Part shown: piece by piece, positions 26,182 to 39,480 of the stretch
How positions within the stretch are numbered: the stretch's first letter is position 1
Layout of the letters: every line of letters begins with the position of its first letter
Source: Camelus ferus
Lineage: Eukaryota
NCBI RefSeq assembly: GCF_009834535.1
Contig: NC_045697.1
Coordinates: 113,214,001 to 113,278,000 of the forward strand
Direction of reading: 5' to 3'
DNA length: 64,000 nt
Program-made: the position numbers and the translations under genes
The notes under the pieces: generated by a model
Databases searched by the model: none
Told to the model about the DNA's origin: nothing
The model's input: the letters and a program-made list of their open reading frames with translations, nothing else

Positions 26182-27000
26182 TGTTGCTGAAACACGGCTT
26201 CCCTACCCCACTTACTGAATTGAGTCTTGAGGACAGAGATTTTGATGAATTAGAAAAGACAGCTTTATTTCTTTGAAGGTAAGGAGGTCCCAGTGGTCTA
26301 GTGCCTCTAAGACTGTGAGCCTGATGGAGAGAGAGGGTAGGGGGGGGTTTATGTAAAAGTTCAAGAGTTCAAGGGGCAGAGCTGGTTTCCACAGAGATTG
26401 CATACAGGGTAATAAATTGTTGCAAAGTTGTTCTTGTTTTTGCAGATGCAGTTACCACCTTCTCTCTGCTGAGTATGAAGTTCACCTCTGGCTTTGGGAC
26501 TCTCTTAATATTCTTGTACCCAGCACAAAGGGTGCATAGAAAGGGGCTCCATGGAAAAGAGCTCTAGAGAAAAACTTACGCAGTTTAAAGTCAGGTTGAT
26601 AAATGCTTTTAGCCTTTTGAGCTGGCTGAGGCCTGAGACCTCCTGCTGCAGGCTGAGGCTTGCAGCTTGAACAACAGAAAATAAGGAAACCACAGGGGGC
26701 CAAAAACAACTACACACATGCACAATTGGGTGGGTTATAGATAATAAGACACACAAAATGCCCAACTGCCTTCTGAGTTGTCGGGATCAAGAGGAGGGCA
26801 CTGGGGGCAAGAGCAGGGCACTGAGCATGATCCCTGCACACAGCACCATGACAGGGTTGAGTGGACCACCCAAGCCTCCCTCCTCCCCAGCCCATCCCTG
26901 GTCAGAAAGAGCATGTGAAAAGCCATTTAAACTATTATACAGTTAAGCAGTTACAAGTACCATATGGTCACTGATGACAATAGGGTCCTGGTCAGTTACA
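26182..27000 (-). mobile_element. Solo ERV LTR inserted in an L2 3' end
   Basis: TG...CA termini, TSD GGAG/GAAG, TTTATT near 26265. Flanks rejoin as the L2-like TGGCACATAGGAG|ATGCTCAGTAAGTATCGGTTGAAT. Confidence 0.8.
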
Positions 27001-27080
27001 GAAGATGCTCAGTAAGTATCGGTTGAATAAATTGTATGCATTCTCTTAGAAAGTAATATGTTCAAAAATTATTATCTTAT

Positions 27081-27908
27081 GGCTATGGACTGAATTGTGT
27101 CCCCACAAAATTCATATTTTGAAGCCCTAGTCTCTAATGTAATTATATTTGGAGGTAGTGCTTTGAGGATATAATGAAGTTTCACTGAGGTTCATAAGGT
27201 TGGGATCCAGACCCAGTAGGATTGATGGTTCTAAAAGAGTAGGAAGAGATCTCTCTCTCCTCATGTACATACTGAGGAAAGGCCATGTGAAGATGTTACC
27301 GAGTCCAAACTCATTCTGCTCTGCCACATGACAGGCCAATAAATCAGGAGATGAGGTGTTGGGGCAAGGAATAGTGACTTTATTTGGAAAGCCGGCAGAC
27401 TGAGAGGATGGCAGACTAATGTCTTGGAGAACCATCCCACTCCAGTCAGAATATAGGCTTCTTTTATACAAAACAAAACAAAACAATGGGGTGGGGGTGT
27501 TGTTGGTTCTTGCAAACTTCTTGGCGTAGGAATTCTTTGTTCCCACAGCTGTCCACATGGGCCAGGTCATGATGCTCCTGCAAAACCTCCAACAAAACGG
27601 ATGTTATTCTCTATTCTGCAACTTGTTATCTTTATGTGAGTGCAGAGCTAGCAAGACTGAGCCTAGGAAACACTGCACAGTGGTCAAAGCCAAAGGAACA
27701 GATCCAATATAGAGTTAGATTTGTTCTCCTCTATTACAAAGACAGTGAGAAGGTGGCCACCTGCGACCCAGAGAGTCCTCCCAGACTCTGACTTCTCTGG
27801 ACATTGATCTTAGCCTTCTGCTTCCAGCATCCAGAGAAAATTGATTTCCATTGTTTAAGCCACCCAGTCTATGGGATTTTATTATGGCAGCCTGAGCTGA
27901 CTAAGCCA
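27081..27908 (+). mobile_element. MaLR (MLT1A-like) LTR, split by a younger LTR
   Basis: GCTATGGACTGAATTGTGTCCCC start and GTTTAAGCCACCCAGTCTATGG...GCAGCCTGAGCTGACTAAG end. Confidence 0.85.
27294..27738 (-). mobile_element. Solo ERV LTR nested in the MLT1A-like LTR
   Basis: TGTTACC...TATTACA termini with perfect 4-bp TSD AAGA (27290-27293, 27739-27742). Confidence 0.88.
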
Positions 27909-27987
27909 CTTAGAAATTAGAAGGGAAACAATAAAGTGTTATGCATATAATGGTGACGGAGAAACTTCAAAAATTTAAATTCTGGTT

Positions 27988-28125
27988 GGGGTGAGAATAT
28001 AGCTCGGTGCTACAGCACATACTTAGCATGCATGAAGTCCTGGGTTCAATCAGTTACCTCCATTAAAACTAAAATAAATAAAATAAAAACAAATAGACAT
28101 AATTACCCCCCTAAAAAAACAACAA
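27988..28125 (+). mobile_element. tRNA-derived SINE (camelid-type)
   Basis: TATAGCTCGGTGCTACAGCACATACTTAGCATGCATGAAGTCCTGGGTTCAATC followed by an A-rich tail. Confidence 0.82.
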
Positions 28126-31100
28126 CATTTTTTTTTAATTCTGAATTATTTTGTAAGTATTTTCATTCTTCAGAATAACTAAACAAAGTATTTCAAATTA
28201 AAATCTAAGGTCTTCATTTGTCAGAGGCTTGATTTGTCTGAGACTGTGAGCTTCTCAAAGTCAATCTGGACACCATCCCAACATCAGGATTCCGTCTAAT
28301 CTGTACCAGGTGTCCTGCTGCCCCATTATTAGCGGACAGCCTTGAAAATGGAAGCTCTCAGATGACAAATTCTATGACATTTATGTAGCATAAGGTGCCT
28401 AGTAAAAAATCAACATTTGATTATAAGCCTGTGAATTAGAAGAGGATACAAATTTCAAGATACTCAATTTGGTAGCTGAAACCATGAAATGGAGATGACG
28501 ATAGTTGCCATAGATTAAGAGGTTCTTGGCTAGCCTGCCTATAATATGTAAACCAATCCATCTCCTTATCTCTGTTTTTGATTTATTTTTTTCTTAGCTC
28601 TTGTCACCACCTGCCATTTTAATTTTTGTCTTGTTTATTTCTGCCTCTTGCCACTAGAATACAAATTCAATGAGCTTTTTCATGCATCTCCAGCACCAAA
28701 ATAGTCCAGCTTGTAAAAGGTACACAGCACCTTTTGGCTGATTGAATGGATGATGATATCTGAATTGGATGTTAAATGCTAGGCAGTCTTTTATGGGTGT
28801 TGGAGTCCTGCAAAAAATGATGAAACCCATTTATTCATTTGTTCAACCAATATTTACTAAATGCATGTTATGTACCAGACACTGTATGCAGTTTGGATGT
28901 GCAATGTTGAACCAGATATGGCCCCTGCCCTCAATAGACAGGTTTTCAAATGACCTTAAAATGAGAATGACTTGAGTCCTGCAAAGTCACTGTCTCACCC
29001 CTGGGATTTGGGGCTACAGGTGGCAGGCCTGTAACCTGCACACACCTGAGACACAGGTGTTTCAATCATGCAGTTAGCAAGAAAATATTTTGCTACCACG
29101 TTTCGTGAACTGCATGACGTACTAAGTGGACCCATGCACAGTGTGTGTACCTCTTTCTGCAAGATCAATTCAAATGCAGACAAAATCTCTGATGCTTTAA
29201 AAACAAGGACTATCCAAAAAGTAGAATGGTAAAGACTTGAACTTGAACTGGCCGTAGACCATTACATTCACTTCTAAGATGCTTCAGAAAGTATAAATAG
29301 AGTTGTTGATGGTGATCTAATCAAATGTTTAGGCTTTCCCCAGAAGGTCTAAGCTTCTTGAATCAAATGAAGGAAACACACATATTAGAAATCAGAGTGG
29401 AGTGACATAGCTGCGGTCCTGGAGTCAGAAGACTTCAGGTCAGGTGTGTGTTGCACATATTGTTCACCATGTGACCTCACATCTAATTCCTCATTGTGCA
29501 CCTATAAAATAGCCATAATGCCTTGCAGTGTCTACATCATTGGGTTATTCTGAGAACCAAGTAAAATAATATTTTTAAAAACACCCTTTAGACTTCAAAA
29601 TCTATGCAAAATATAAGGAGTGAATAAAGTGGCCTCCGCAATGATGATCTATTTTAGGCTCAAGGGACCATAGGATGCAATTTTCACCTTGTGTAAATTT
29701 TCCCACCTTGTGTAAATTCACAAAATTCCAGAATTAGACTCTTTATACGAGGAAAGCAATGTCTGCTGTCCTCCATGCAATTAACACTTAAATCTTACCA
29801 TGGGGCTTTTTTTTTTCCCCTGTTCCAGGATTGCAGTACATAATACAAGCTCTCCAAGCCCTCTGTGACTTTTTAAGAATAATATTCATATCAATAATTC
29901 ATGCCTATTTATATCAGTAATCCACGCAGTTAACCAAATGTGTTTGTCGAAGTAGAAAACAGAACGTTTGCCAGAGACAACGCTCCCACAAATCTTTCCT
30001 CTTGTTTCAAAAAAACTATACTTTAAGTGAACAGTGGAGGAAAATAAAGGTTCTTAGTTCTTTGCGCTAAGAAACTTCAGGCTAATTTATGTAGCCCTTA
30101 GCATTATAATTTTGGATAATTGCACCTCAAATGTATCTTTCTTTCATGTCCTCCATGGACAGACATTTCTGCAAATTTAAATTTGCTTCCAGGCACCTAG
30201 GTGAAATACTTTTCATGAATATTATTATTTTTTCGTTTAGTCTGTTAGAATCCCAGGTCCTGCATAGTGTGACGGTGGTTATGCATCTGAAGGAAAAGGA
30301 AAATTAAAACAATTGTTTTTTAATAAGAATAAATTCATTATTAACATAGAGCCTTCAAAATGTCTTCAGCCTTTGTGGAATTCTGCCTATATTGTTGGTA
30401 GAATTTCTTTAGTTTGTTTGATAACATAAACTACTAACAGTTAGCGTCACAAAGTTGTAAAAGATAGTTGAAATTAATATTCACTCAGTGCTTAGTTACC
30501 ACTTAGGAAGAAAGGAAATCAAGCCTGGAGCAGCTTACTTGCTGCAGTGCAAAGATGAGAAGGCAAAATTCACTAGAAGTTCCTGGTTTATGGCAAAGTG
30601 CTTTGTTTAGTACAAGACCTCAAGTTTTTAAGAGTATATTCATGATGTGCTTTTTAAAACTGCCCTCATTTCTCCGGGCATCTCACCTGCCTTCTCAGCC
30701 ATTTTGACCACATTGGCAACTTCATCTTTTTAATGCTTCTGCGACAAAACACTCATGGGCTCTTGACCTCACCCACTCCCCCACCCTGCACTCCGAGAAA
30801 CAAACCAGAAGATTCTCAGCCTCGTCCTTCAGCTCAGTGAGGGCGTGGTCGTCCACCAGCTGCACATCAGAAAAGCCGGAATTCTTGGAGACAGCCTGTG
30901 TCTTTGTGTTTACTTGATCGATTTAAGATTTATGCAGCATTTAGCACATGCCAGGCCCTCCTAGGCACTATACAAAATTTAACTCACTTCATAGTCATAA
31001 CAGCAGGTCAACAACCAAGCCATAGACATTAAATACAAGCTGTTCAAGGTTTGCAAAACTAGTCCATGGCAAAGCTGGAATTTGAGCCTGTGTCCTCTGA

Positions 31101-31380
31101 CCCCGGAGTCCCCACATTTAAACATGACCTCTTCTTGTCTCTCCAACCCATGATTAAGTTTTGTCACATCTTCTCATACATATTTCTCAATTCTTTCTCC
31201 CCCTCACCTGCCATCATGTTAATCAAGCATGATCGTGTTTCCCATGGTCTTCAGACACCCACTCTTTCTCTCTCCAGTCCCATTTAATGCCAGTTACCCA
31301 TGACCAGATGGCATGATTTCTTAAAAAACGTAATCTGATCATTTTAGTTCCTAGCATAGAAACTTTCAATGACTTTCCAC

Positions 31381-31803
31381 TGTGGGCAAAAAACGTTGCC
31401 AGTCCTATTAGTCAACAAAGGATGTTGCAGCCATCAAGCCATCAGCTGCTGCAGCCACCCTGAAGGGATTCAGAATGGAAGAAAACAGGATACTGGCCCT
31501 AGTTTAAGGTGCATATCAAAGAGATGGTTTCAATAAACCCAGCCTGTTGCATCTCCCCATACATAGAAAAGCAAGTGCTAAATTGATTCGCTTGAGGCAT
31601 CTGGTTTTCTTCAATTAACAGTCATCTTTTGATGTTCTGACTACATGAGTTTTGTTACAAAACCTTTGGCTCTTCCCTAACCTCTTTGGAGCAGTTCCTC
31701 AGAGTGATCTGAGAGGCTGTCATCCGGCCTTGAGTTCTCAGAAAGTCCATCAAAGAAAACATAATTCTCAACTTTTAGGTTGTGCGTTATTTTTCAGTAG
31801 GCA
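31381..31803 (+). mobile_element. Solo ERV1 LTR (same family as 47383-51722), within an L2 relic
   Basis: TG...CA termini, TSD CCAC/CCAT. Shares GCCATCAAG, CAGGATACTGGCCCTAG, ATCTGAGAGGCTGTCATCC and CTCAACTTTTAGG with the split copy. Confidence 0.88.
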
Positions 31804-31964
31804 CCATTAATGTAAAAGCCAATCTTCTTTGCACGGCCTACTTGGTAGCTCCCTTCCCCCCCATTCCTTGTCCCTCACTGTGTCCCATGTAAATTATGTT
31901 TCCAATTTCCTAAATGTACCATACTCCTCCCACTTCAGAGATATTCCAACACCGTTCCTTTAAT

Positions 31965-32197
31965 CCTGGGTTTCCCCAGCCATGGCACCATCTCCCTTTT
32001 GCACTGGATAGCTCTTCAGTGCAGAGGCTGTTCTGTGTATTGTAACATGCTTAGCAACATTCCTGACCTCTACTCAAATAGATGTCAGTAGTAATCCCTA
32101 GTTTTAAAAACCAAAAGATGTCTCCAGATGAAGACAAATGTCCTCCTGGGGTGTGTGTGTGTGTGTGTGCACACAGCACTCCTATGAAGAATCATTG
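31965..32197. mobile_element. hAT-Charlie MITE (MER20-like)
   Basis: GATGTCAGTAG...ACCAAAAGATGTCTCCAGA...AAATGTCCTCCTGGGG resembles MER20 as recalled. Confidence 0.7.
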
Positions 32198-32256
32198 CCT
32201 TTGATTTAAATGTTCTGGCCACTCTGTAACTTTGTTTGTACACTATTCATTCTGCC

Positions 32257-32859
32257 TGTTGCCAGTGATTAGGTTTTTGTTTTGTCACAAAAAGAATTCA
32301 GAGGTGAGACATGGAGGTCAAGAACGTAAAGTGAGGATTTATTAAGTGATAGGATGCTCTCAAGGGGAGAGTGGGCAGACTCAGGTGAATAGCTGCCCTG
32401 AGTTTCTTTGGCAAGCTGGTTATATGGGATGTAAAAATGAATGGGCAGAATATTCTTTGGGGAGGGAAGGCTTGGGGTTATATTATCTGATTTCCATCCC
32501 AGCTCCACCTTCCAGAGGGGAGGAGGAATTCTTGCCCTTATTTAGCAGGGATCAGAAGTGTCATGGCGTTAGTGCATGCTGGGTATTTCTAATCTGCAAA
32601 GCTAATTATATTGTAATAAGGGCATAATATGCAAAATGTGACATTCAGACACTGAAGACTCCTGCCTTTTCCTGCTTCTCTTTGCCTGCCTCTAGGACAC
32701 TTGTCACCCCCAAAATGTGTGCTTCTCATCAGTCTGGGGTTTCCTGCTTTTCTCTGTCTGCCCAAGGACCCCAGTTGCTCACAAGATCTATGGTTGCTTG
32801 CCATTTGGCCCTTGCCCCCCTCTCCTCTACTCATGTCTAGCTATCTGCCTGCTCTGAAA
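32257..32859 (-). mobile_element. Solo ERV1-type LTR (same family as 133-790)
   Basis: Reverse complement aligns with 133-790. Their spurious ORFs are homologous (GESGQAQVSGCPDFLWQ vs GESGQTQVNSCPEFLWQ). Confidence 0.85.
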
Positions 32860-32909
32860 AACCCAGCAGCCATGGCCACTTCCTCAGAAAGACATTCTCT
32901 GATTTTGGA

Positions 32910-33735
32910 CCAAATGTTGCAGCTTGGGTTCTGCAGGAAGCAGTTTCTGGGACTGATATTAGTGTGCAAGTAGTTCATCATTAAGTGCTCTTGGGATAGA
33001 CACCCGTGGAGGGTCCCAGACTGAGCCTCAGTGCCGTTTCCACAAAGACCTCACTTAACCCTACTGGCATCTCTGAAGCTGGGAGGACCCCTCTGAGTTG
33101 GCCTCTATTGAAGTCAGGGAGCAGGGTCTTTTCACTCCCAAGCCATGGGCTTCAGGCTGAGCAGGAGGGGCCTGACCTTAGGCTTGGCCACTGGCTTTAG
33201 TGGAGGCAGTTTGCTGAATAGGCTGGGAGCAGTGGGCTGTGTTTCAGCAGCAACTGGACATCCAAGGAAATAAGTCCTTCAGCCCTGAAGGGAGATCTGG
33301 GCAGCGCACAGCGCATGCACTGCAGCCCACCCCTCTGGACCCTCATATCCACTTACGAATGGAGTTTCTGGGGGAACTTTTTCTTGAAGTGAACTCAGAG
33401 AGGAAGGTCAGGGGACAAGCCAGAGTCTTCACATCTCAGGACCACATCTGACATTCATGGTCCTCCTCCTGTCCAATTGCTGCGATGCCCTCACCCAGAA
33501 CTCGCACCCTGACCCATCTCCATCCTAAATGGCCTGTGGCTGCACCATCCACCAAAGACACACAAAGGACTGGCCAGATGGCTTGACTGAGCGGCCTCAG
33601 AGCCAACCACATCCCCCCCACCCCACCGTGAAGCAGCAGCAAGACCCTGGTGGGCAACTCCGAGGGGGCCACTTCCCAGCACCACAAGAATCTCTGCAGA
33701 TTCACTGTGGTTATGTGTTTTCACACCAGTGAAGG
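32910..33735. mobile_element. Old ERVL-class LTR/internal relic (LTR16-like)
   Basis: GC-richer block starting TTGGGTTCTGCAGGAAGCAG...TTAGTGTGCAAGTAGTTCAT. Family assignment from memory only. Confidence 0.45.
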
Positions 33736-34527
33736 TGAATTCAGTGAATGTCAGTGAGATTAAGATCCTTCCAGCTGCAACTAACCAACTACTTAATTAA
33801 AAGAGGCTAAAGCAATGAATTTACACATTAGTTTATTAGACAAGGAGGCTGGGGATTAATTAAACATCCAGTTGGTTAATCTAGTGGCTCCATGATATCA
33901 TGAAGGATGGAGAATTTTACATATTTCTCTTCATTTTCATCCTTTGATTTGAACCTGCCTGATGGTAGGATGGTTGCCAGAATGCCAGGCCTAATCTCCC
34001 ACACAATGGCAGCTAAGCATCTGGCTGGTTTCTCTTCATCCATCTTTTCATGTCCCAGCCTTCAGGCCACCACTGTCAGGGTTCTTGGAGAAGTTAGTGT
34101 CTGGCAATTTTAGTCTCTGTCCCAGGGGGTGAGCTGTGACAGTGGGGAAGGTGGGGGCTGGTTCTAAGCAGGAAACCAGGAGATACTGCCTCATGTGCCT
34201 GGTACCCGAGAGAGACGAGGAGTTCAAAGCAGTTTACAATTTCCCCTTCTGTCTCTTTTTCCCTCCCAGTTGTTTTTCTGTCTCTATTTCTCAAATTCTC
34301 TTTTGCTTTCTTCTTTACTGTCCTCATTCTTCCTTATTTTATTCCAGCTTATATGTCTGCCCATCGTCCAGAATTGAAACATATTAATTTTTTTAACATC
34401 ATTCAAGTTTTGTGTTATTTATACAAAAACAAACAAACAAATGAGCTGAGTGTTGTGTATTTCTCCATAGGAAAAGGAAAAGAAAATTGTCTGACCTTTA
34501 CCTGCCTCTTCAGTCTTACGCCTACTC

Positions 34528-34652
34528 TCCACTGACCCCCACCGTCCACTGACCCCCATTGTCCACTGATCCCCACCATCTACTGACCTCCACTATCCAC
34601 TGACCTTCAGCATCCACTGATCCCCACCATCCTCTGACCCCCACCATCCACT
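34528..34652. repeat. 17-bp minisatellite, about 7.4 copies
   Basis: Unit TCCACTGACCCCCACCR repeated in tandem with substitutions. Confidence 0.92.
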
Positions 34653-36718
34653 AATCACATTTCACGTTCTTACAGTTCATTAACATTATTTTATTCCCTC
34701 CAAATTTACTTCCTCTATTATAGACTTGAGAAATTCTATATATCCTTCAAAATCTGGCTCAATTGCCCCTTACAGCACCCATCACAGATAATTGCTTCCT
34801 TTTCAGTTCCCTCAAGGCACCTCCTTTAGAGCTCTTAAGCGTGTAATGTCTGGTTAATGTTAGAGAGAACTATTTGTTTTATTTCCTCCATGAGTTTGTA
34901 AATACCTTAAAGCACCAGCCACATTTTGTTCACATAACCTAGAATTCATGCTATTTACAAATTTTTTATTGTAGCTTATGTAGTAAAAATGTAAATATTG
35001 TGGAACAGAATAATCCTTAAATGTTTATAAAGTCAAAATTTACCTGCAGTTTTGTTCATGCCTTTGATTCAGTTGGGTCACTGAAATGTTTTTCAGTCCT
35101 AAAAAGTTTATTTTCAGTGTCTTCTGGTGTTTTCTCTTTCAAAGACTCCATTACTATGTCCATATTTCTGTTTGATTACAAGGTAGTCACTTTTGAAATT
35201 TGTAACAGGAAAATAACATTGCCTACTCTCATTTAGCAGATAATAAATTTGTAGTACATTTTGAGCTCTTTGAATTAAAATCTGTAGAGATGCCGAGTAT
35301 TGTTATCTCGTATCATTAGCATATTGGCTGGAAACCGCTCCCTCTAGGCACATATGGGGTTTTTATTTCTATGCATAAATTTGCATAACTGCTTTACTCT
35401 ATTTCACAGATTGCAGTCTTTAGACCTTAACTTGGCCAAGTCATCAGTTTCAGTCTGGTTCGATGGGTTGGAAACTTCTTAATGGAGATATTTCCTTATC
35501 GACTCAGCCTTCCATAGTCACTGTCTCTGTCTCTCTCTTTTCAGCAAACAGGCACTTACTTAATCACTAGTGACCATAGGCTGACATAACAAACATTCAT
35601 TTTCAAAAAATAATTTATGTAGTTTTATTTAGCATTTTTGGATAACTCCACATCAGTATAAAATAGTCAGGAACAAGTTTCTTCAAAAGGTGATCACCAA
35701 TTGCACACAGCCCCTATGATGCACAGGCGAGTGAGGGACTGTGCGTGGCATTTCACAGTTAATTTTCTTCCAGCTTCATCAGCCTACATAGAAAATGTCC
35801 TTGCAGTCATATTAAACTTGAATCCCTAAACCCTCATCTGCTTGACTGCCAAGTTCCCCATCACCACCTCCACTCAAGTATTTATGGGTACAGCTTTCTG
35901 GTTTTTGCCACAGCCCACTGGGCTGGGCTTCCCTGCCTTAGGCACAGGTGGTCTACAGACACTCCACCAGGAGTGGGACCTCTGCTCCTGATCCTCAGTG
36001 AAGATGCCACTGTGGGCAGAATCACCTGGGCCTTGGCTCTGTTGAGCTGGAACTCTCTTGACACACTTGCCAAGTGAGAACAATTCTGTCTTACACTCAG
36101 ATGGGTCCCACTGCAAGTTTGCATCAGTGCCAGAGCCTTGCAGAGTCAAGGAAAGCAGCTTTTTCAACTCCCACGTAGTCCTCTTCCTCACAAAGCACAT
36201 AGATGACATTCGAACCTGCCTCCGAGCTGCGCTCTGAATGCCATGTTACTTCCACTCTGGAGCCATGTGTTAAAATACGGATGATTGTGCCAGATGCCAT
36301 CTTGTCTTATAACCAGTCCAATATCAGAAACCCTGTCATCCCCCATGCACAGTGACTGCTGCTGGGGGCCTCAATGAAACTTGTGTTTATGTGAATACTA
36401 GTCATGGGTAAAGTCCAAGTCTTGCCCTGACCCAGGACAATCTTCAAATTCTCTATTCACCAATAGATGCAAATGGAGATCCAATAACTCCACCTGAGAA
36501 GCCTCTGACTCCCAGATCTAACCCATTAACTTTGGCTTTGATCATGAGAAGTTATACTTATTGCTAGTATTACAATAACAACCACTGAAACACGAAAAAT
36601 TCCTAGTGTGAAAAGCTCTGAAATTACAGGTGTTAGCATAAACTTCCCATATCAGAGCCTAATTACCAAGTTTTATATCCTTACTCATCAACCTACTACA
36701 TGTGTGACCTTGAGCAAG

Positions 36719-37215
36719 TGTTAGTTATTTATTGCTGTGTAATGAATCACCACAAAATTAGCAGCTTAAAATACCATGTATTCATTATCTTACAGTTTGT
36801 CTGGGTCAGAAATCCAGGCTGAACTTCAAGGTGTCAGCCAGGGCTGGCGTCTCATATGAGGCTAGACTGGGGAAAGATGCACTTCCAAGTTCGCATGATT
36901 GTTAGTAGGATTCAATTCTTTACAGGTTATTGGGCTGAGGACACCAGCTTCTTTCCCACTGTTAGCTGGAGACCATCTTTAGTTCCTTACCACGTGGACC
37001 TCTCCATAGAGCTGGTGACTTCACTGAAGCCAGTGCAAGAAAGAATCGAGAGAGAGAGTCTAATGGCAAGACGAGGATTACAGTCTCATGTATTCTAAAA
37101 AGTAATATCCGAACACCAGGCTATACTCTACTGATAAACAAAGCACAGGTCCCACCACACTCGAAAACTGGAGGTGGTGTTTCATAAGAGACCATCTAAG
37201 AGCCTGTCTACCTTA
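36719..37215 (-). mobile_element. MaLR (MLT1-like) LTR inserted in a MIR
   Basis: TTAGTTATTTATTGCTGTGTAA...CACCACAAAATTAGCAGCTTAAA...TTATCTTACAGTT. Flanks (TGTGACCTTGAGCAAG | TCACTT...TAAAATGG) rejoin as a MIR. Confidence 0.75.
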
Positions 37216-37854
37216 ATAAATCACTTATTTGTGTATCTTTCTTGTTAAATACGTAAAATGGAGAGACAAGTGAAGATAATAGTATCTACTTCACAGAATT
37301 GTGAGGACTAAATCAGCTCATTAGTTATTATATATTTAAATGGTAGAAAGTGCCTGATATGTAGTTTATCATCAGCAAATTTTAATTATGTTTATTCTTA
37401 CTCATGTGTCATAAACTCATATCAACCTAAATCTTTGGTCCTATGCACAGTCTACTTTCTTTAATCATGCTGTTACCTTCTTTTGTCTGCCTCTTTCCTA
37501 AATCTAATTTAGGAAATTTTTATTATTCATCAAGTTCTGCTCAAATAACACATTTTCCAAGATTCCTGTTAAGTCCCCATGGTGGTAACTCTGTTTCTTT
37601 CTCATTATGTACTTCATTTATAGAAGTGGTAATTTTCTGTCTAATGTTATATTTATAATTGTGTATGTCTCTACCTACAAGGCAATAAATTATTTGATGT
37701 TGGGGAGTCTGTTGTTAATGACTGTACTGCTGAAATGACTAGAAATTAAACAAAGATTTATTGTATTGAACCAAAAATTAGACTTTTGTGTAAAATTTTG
37801 TTTAAGTGTTAATTTTCTGTCTAATGTTATATTTCACATTTGAGCATCCTGAAA

Positions 37855-39480
37855 TTCATCCTTAAATTTATTGTCAATTAATTTTTTTTTACAAGACTGC
37901 CAAGATATTCAATAGAGGAAGAAGAATCTTTTCAACAAATTGTGCTGGGAGTACTGTCTATCCACATGCAAAGGAAATAAGGTAGACCCTTACCTCACAC
38001 CATACATAAAAATTACCTCAAAACTGATCATAGATCTAAATATAAGAGCTAAAGCTATGAAAATCTTAGCTTTAACGTAGGAGTAAGTTTTTGAGACCTT
38101 AGATTAGACGATGGTTTCTTAGTTACAACATCAAAAGTACAAGCAAGAACCAAAAAAACCAAAAAACCAAAAACAAAAACCCGCCAATATAGATGAATTG
38201 GACTTTATCAAGTTCAAAAATGTTTTAAAGGGTATCATCAAGAAAGTGAAAAGGAACTTGTGTCCAGAATATGTAAAGTAGACCTAAAACTCAAAAATAA
38301 AGACAAATAACTGAAAACTTAGATCCACACAAACACCTGCACTCAGATGTTTAGAACAGCTTTCATCATAATTGCCAAAACTTGGAAGTCACTAAGGTGT
38401 CCTTCAGTAGCTGAATGGTTAAATAACTGTGCTTCATCCAGGCAATGGACTATTATCCAGTGCTTAAATGCACATCACTAAGTGAAAGAAGCCAATCTCA
38501 AAATGCTACATACTGTATGGTTCCAATTATATGACATTCTGGAAAAGGCAAAACTATGGAGACGGTAAAAAGACCAGTGGTTGCCAGGGGCTGGGTTAGG
38601 CAAGTAGAAGAGTGGAGAAGGTGGAGAACAGGTCATTTTCAGAGTAGTGAAAATATTCTATATGATACTGTAATAATAAACACATCATTAAACATTTGTC
38701 TTCACCCACAGAATGCATAACATAGAGTGAACCCTTATGTAAACTATGGACTTTGGGTGATTATAATGTGTCAGTGTAAGTTTATCAAATTTAACAAATG
38801 TACCACTCTGGTTGGGGATGTTGATAATGGGGGAAATGATGTATGTGTTGGGACACGGGTTATATAGGATATCTCTGTATATTCCCTTCCATTTTGCTAT
38901 GAACCTTAAAAAGTTCCAAAAAAAAAAAAGAATCCAAAAAACCCCACAAATTAACCAATTTAAAAATTGACAAATGGTTTGAATAGGCATTTTGAAAAAA
39001 GATACATGAATGTTTAATAAGTTCACAATTAAGATGCTCAGCATTATTAATCAAGGAAATGCAAATCAAAACCACACCTAGGATGACTAAAATAAAAAAG
39101 ACAACAATAAGTGTTGACAGGAATGTGGACCAATGGTACCCTCATATGCTGGTAGAAATGCGAAATAGTGTGGCCACTCTGAAAAGTACTTTACAGTTTC
39201 CTCAAAATGTTAAACATAGATTTACCATAAGATCCAGCAAGATCTACTAATAGATTATATGCTGAGAAAGCAGTGAAATATGCCACCCAAAAATGTGTAC
39301 ACCATGTTCATAGCAGCACAGTTCACAATAGCCAAATGGTGGAAACAACCCAAATGTCCATCAACTAATATATAAATAAACAAGATGTGGTCTACACATA
39401 CTTGGGAATATTATTTGTCAATAAAGGAATCATTTGGTGATAAAAAAGGAAAGAAATACTGCTATGATACATGCTGCAAT
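37855..39480 (+). mobile_element. Old L1M ORF2-end/3' fragments, with a second L1M (L1MC-like) 3' end nested at about 38312-38930
   Basis: CTTTTCAACAAAT..TGCTGG and GGAAATGCAAATCAAAACCACA. The inner piece has GGAAAAGGCAAAACTATGGAGAC, AAACTATGGACTTTGGGTGAT and its own A-tail. Confidence 0.8.

Noticed and set aside
133..32859. Same-family LTRs at 133 and 32257 as ends of one provirus
   Set aside because: Opposite orientation, 32 kb apart, with no PBS, PPT or internal sequence; these are independent solo LTRs.
34528..34652. CRISPR-like array
   Set aside because: Head-to-tail tandem units with no unique spacers, eukaryotic context and no cas genes.
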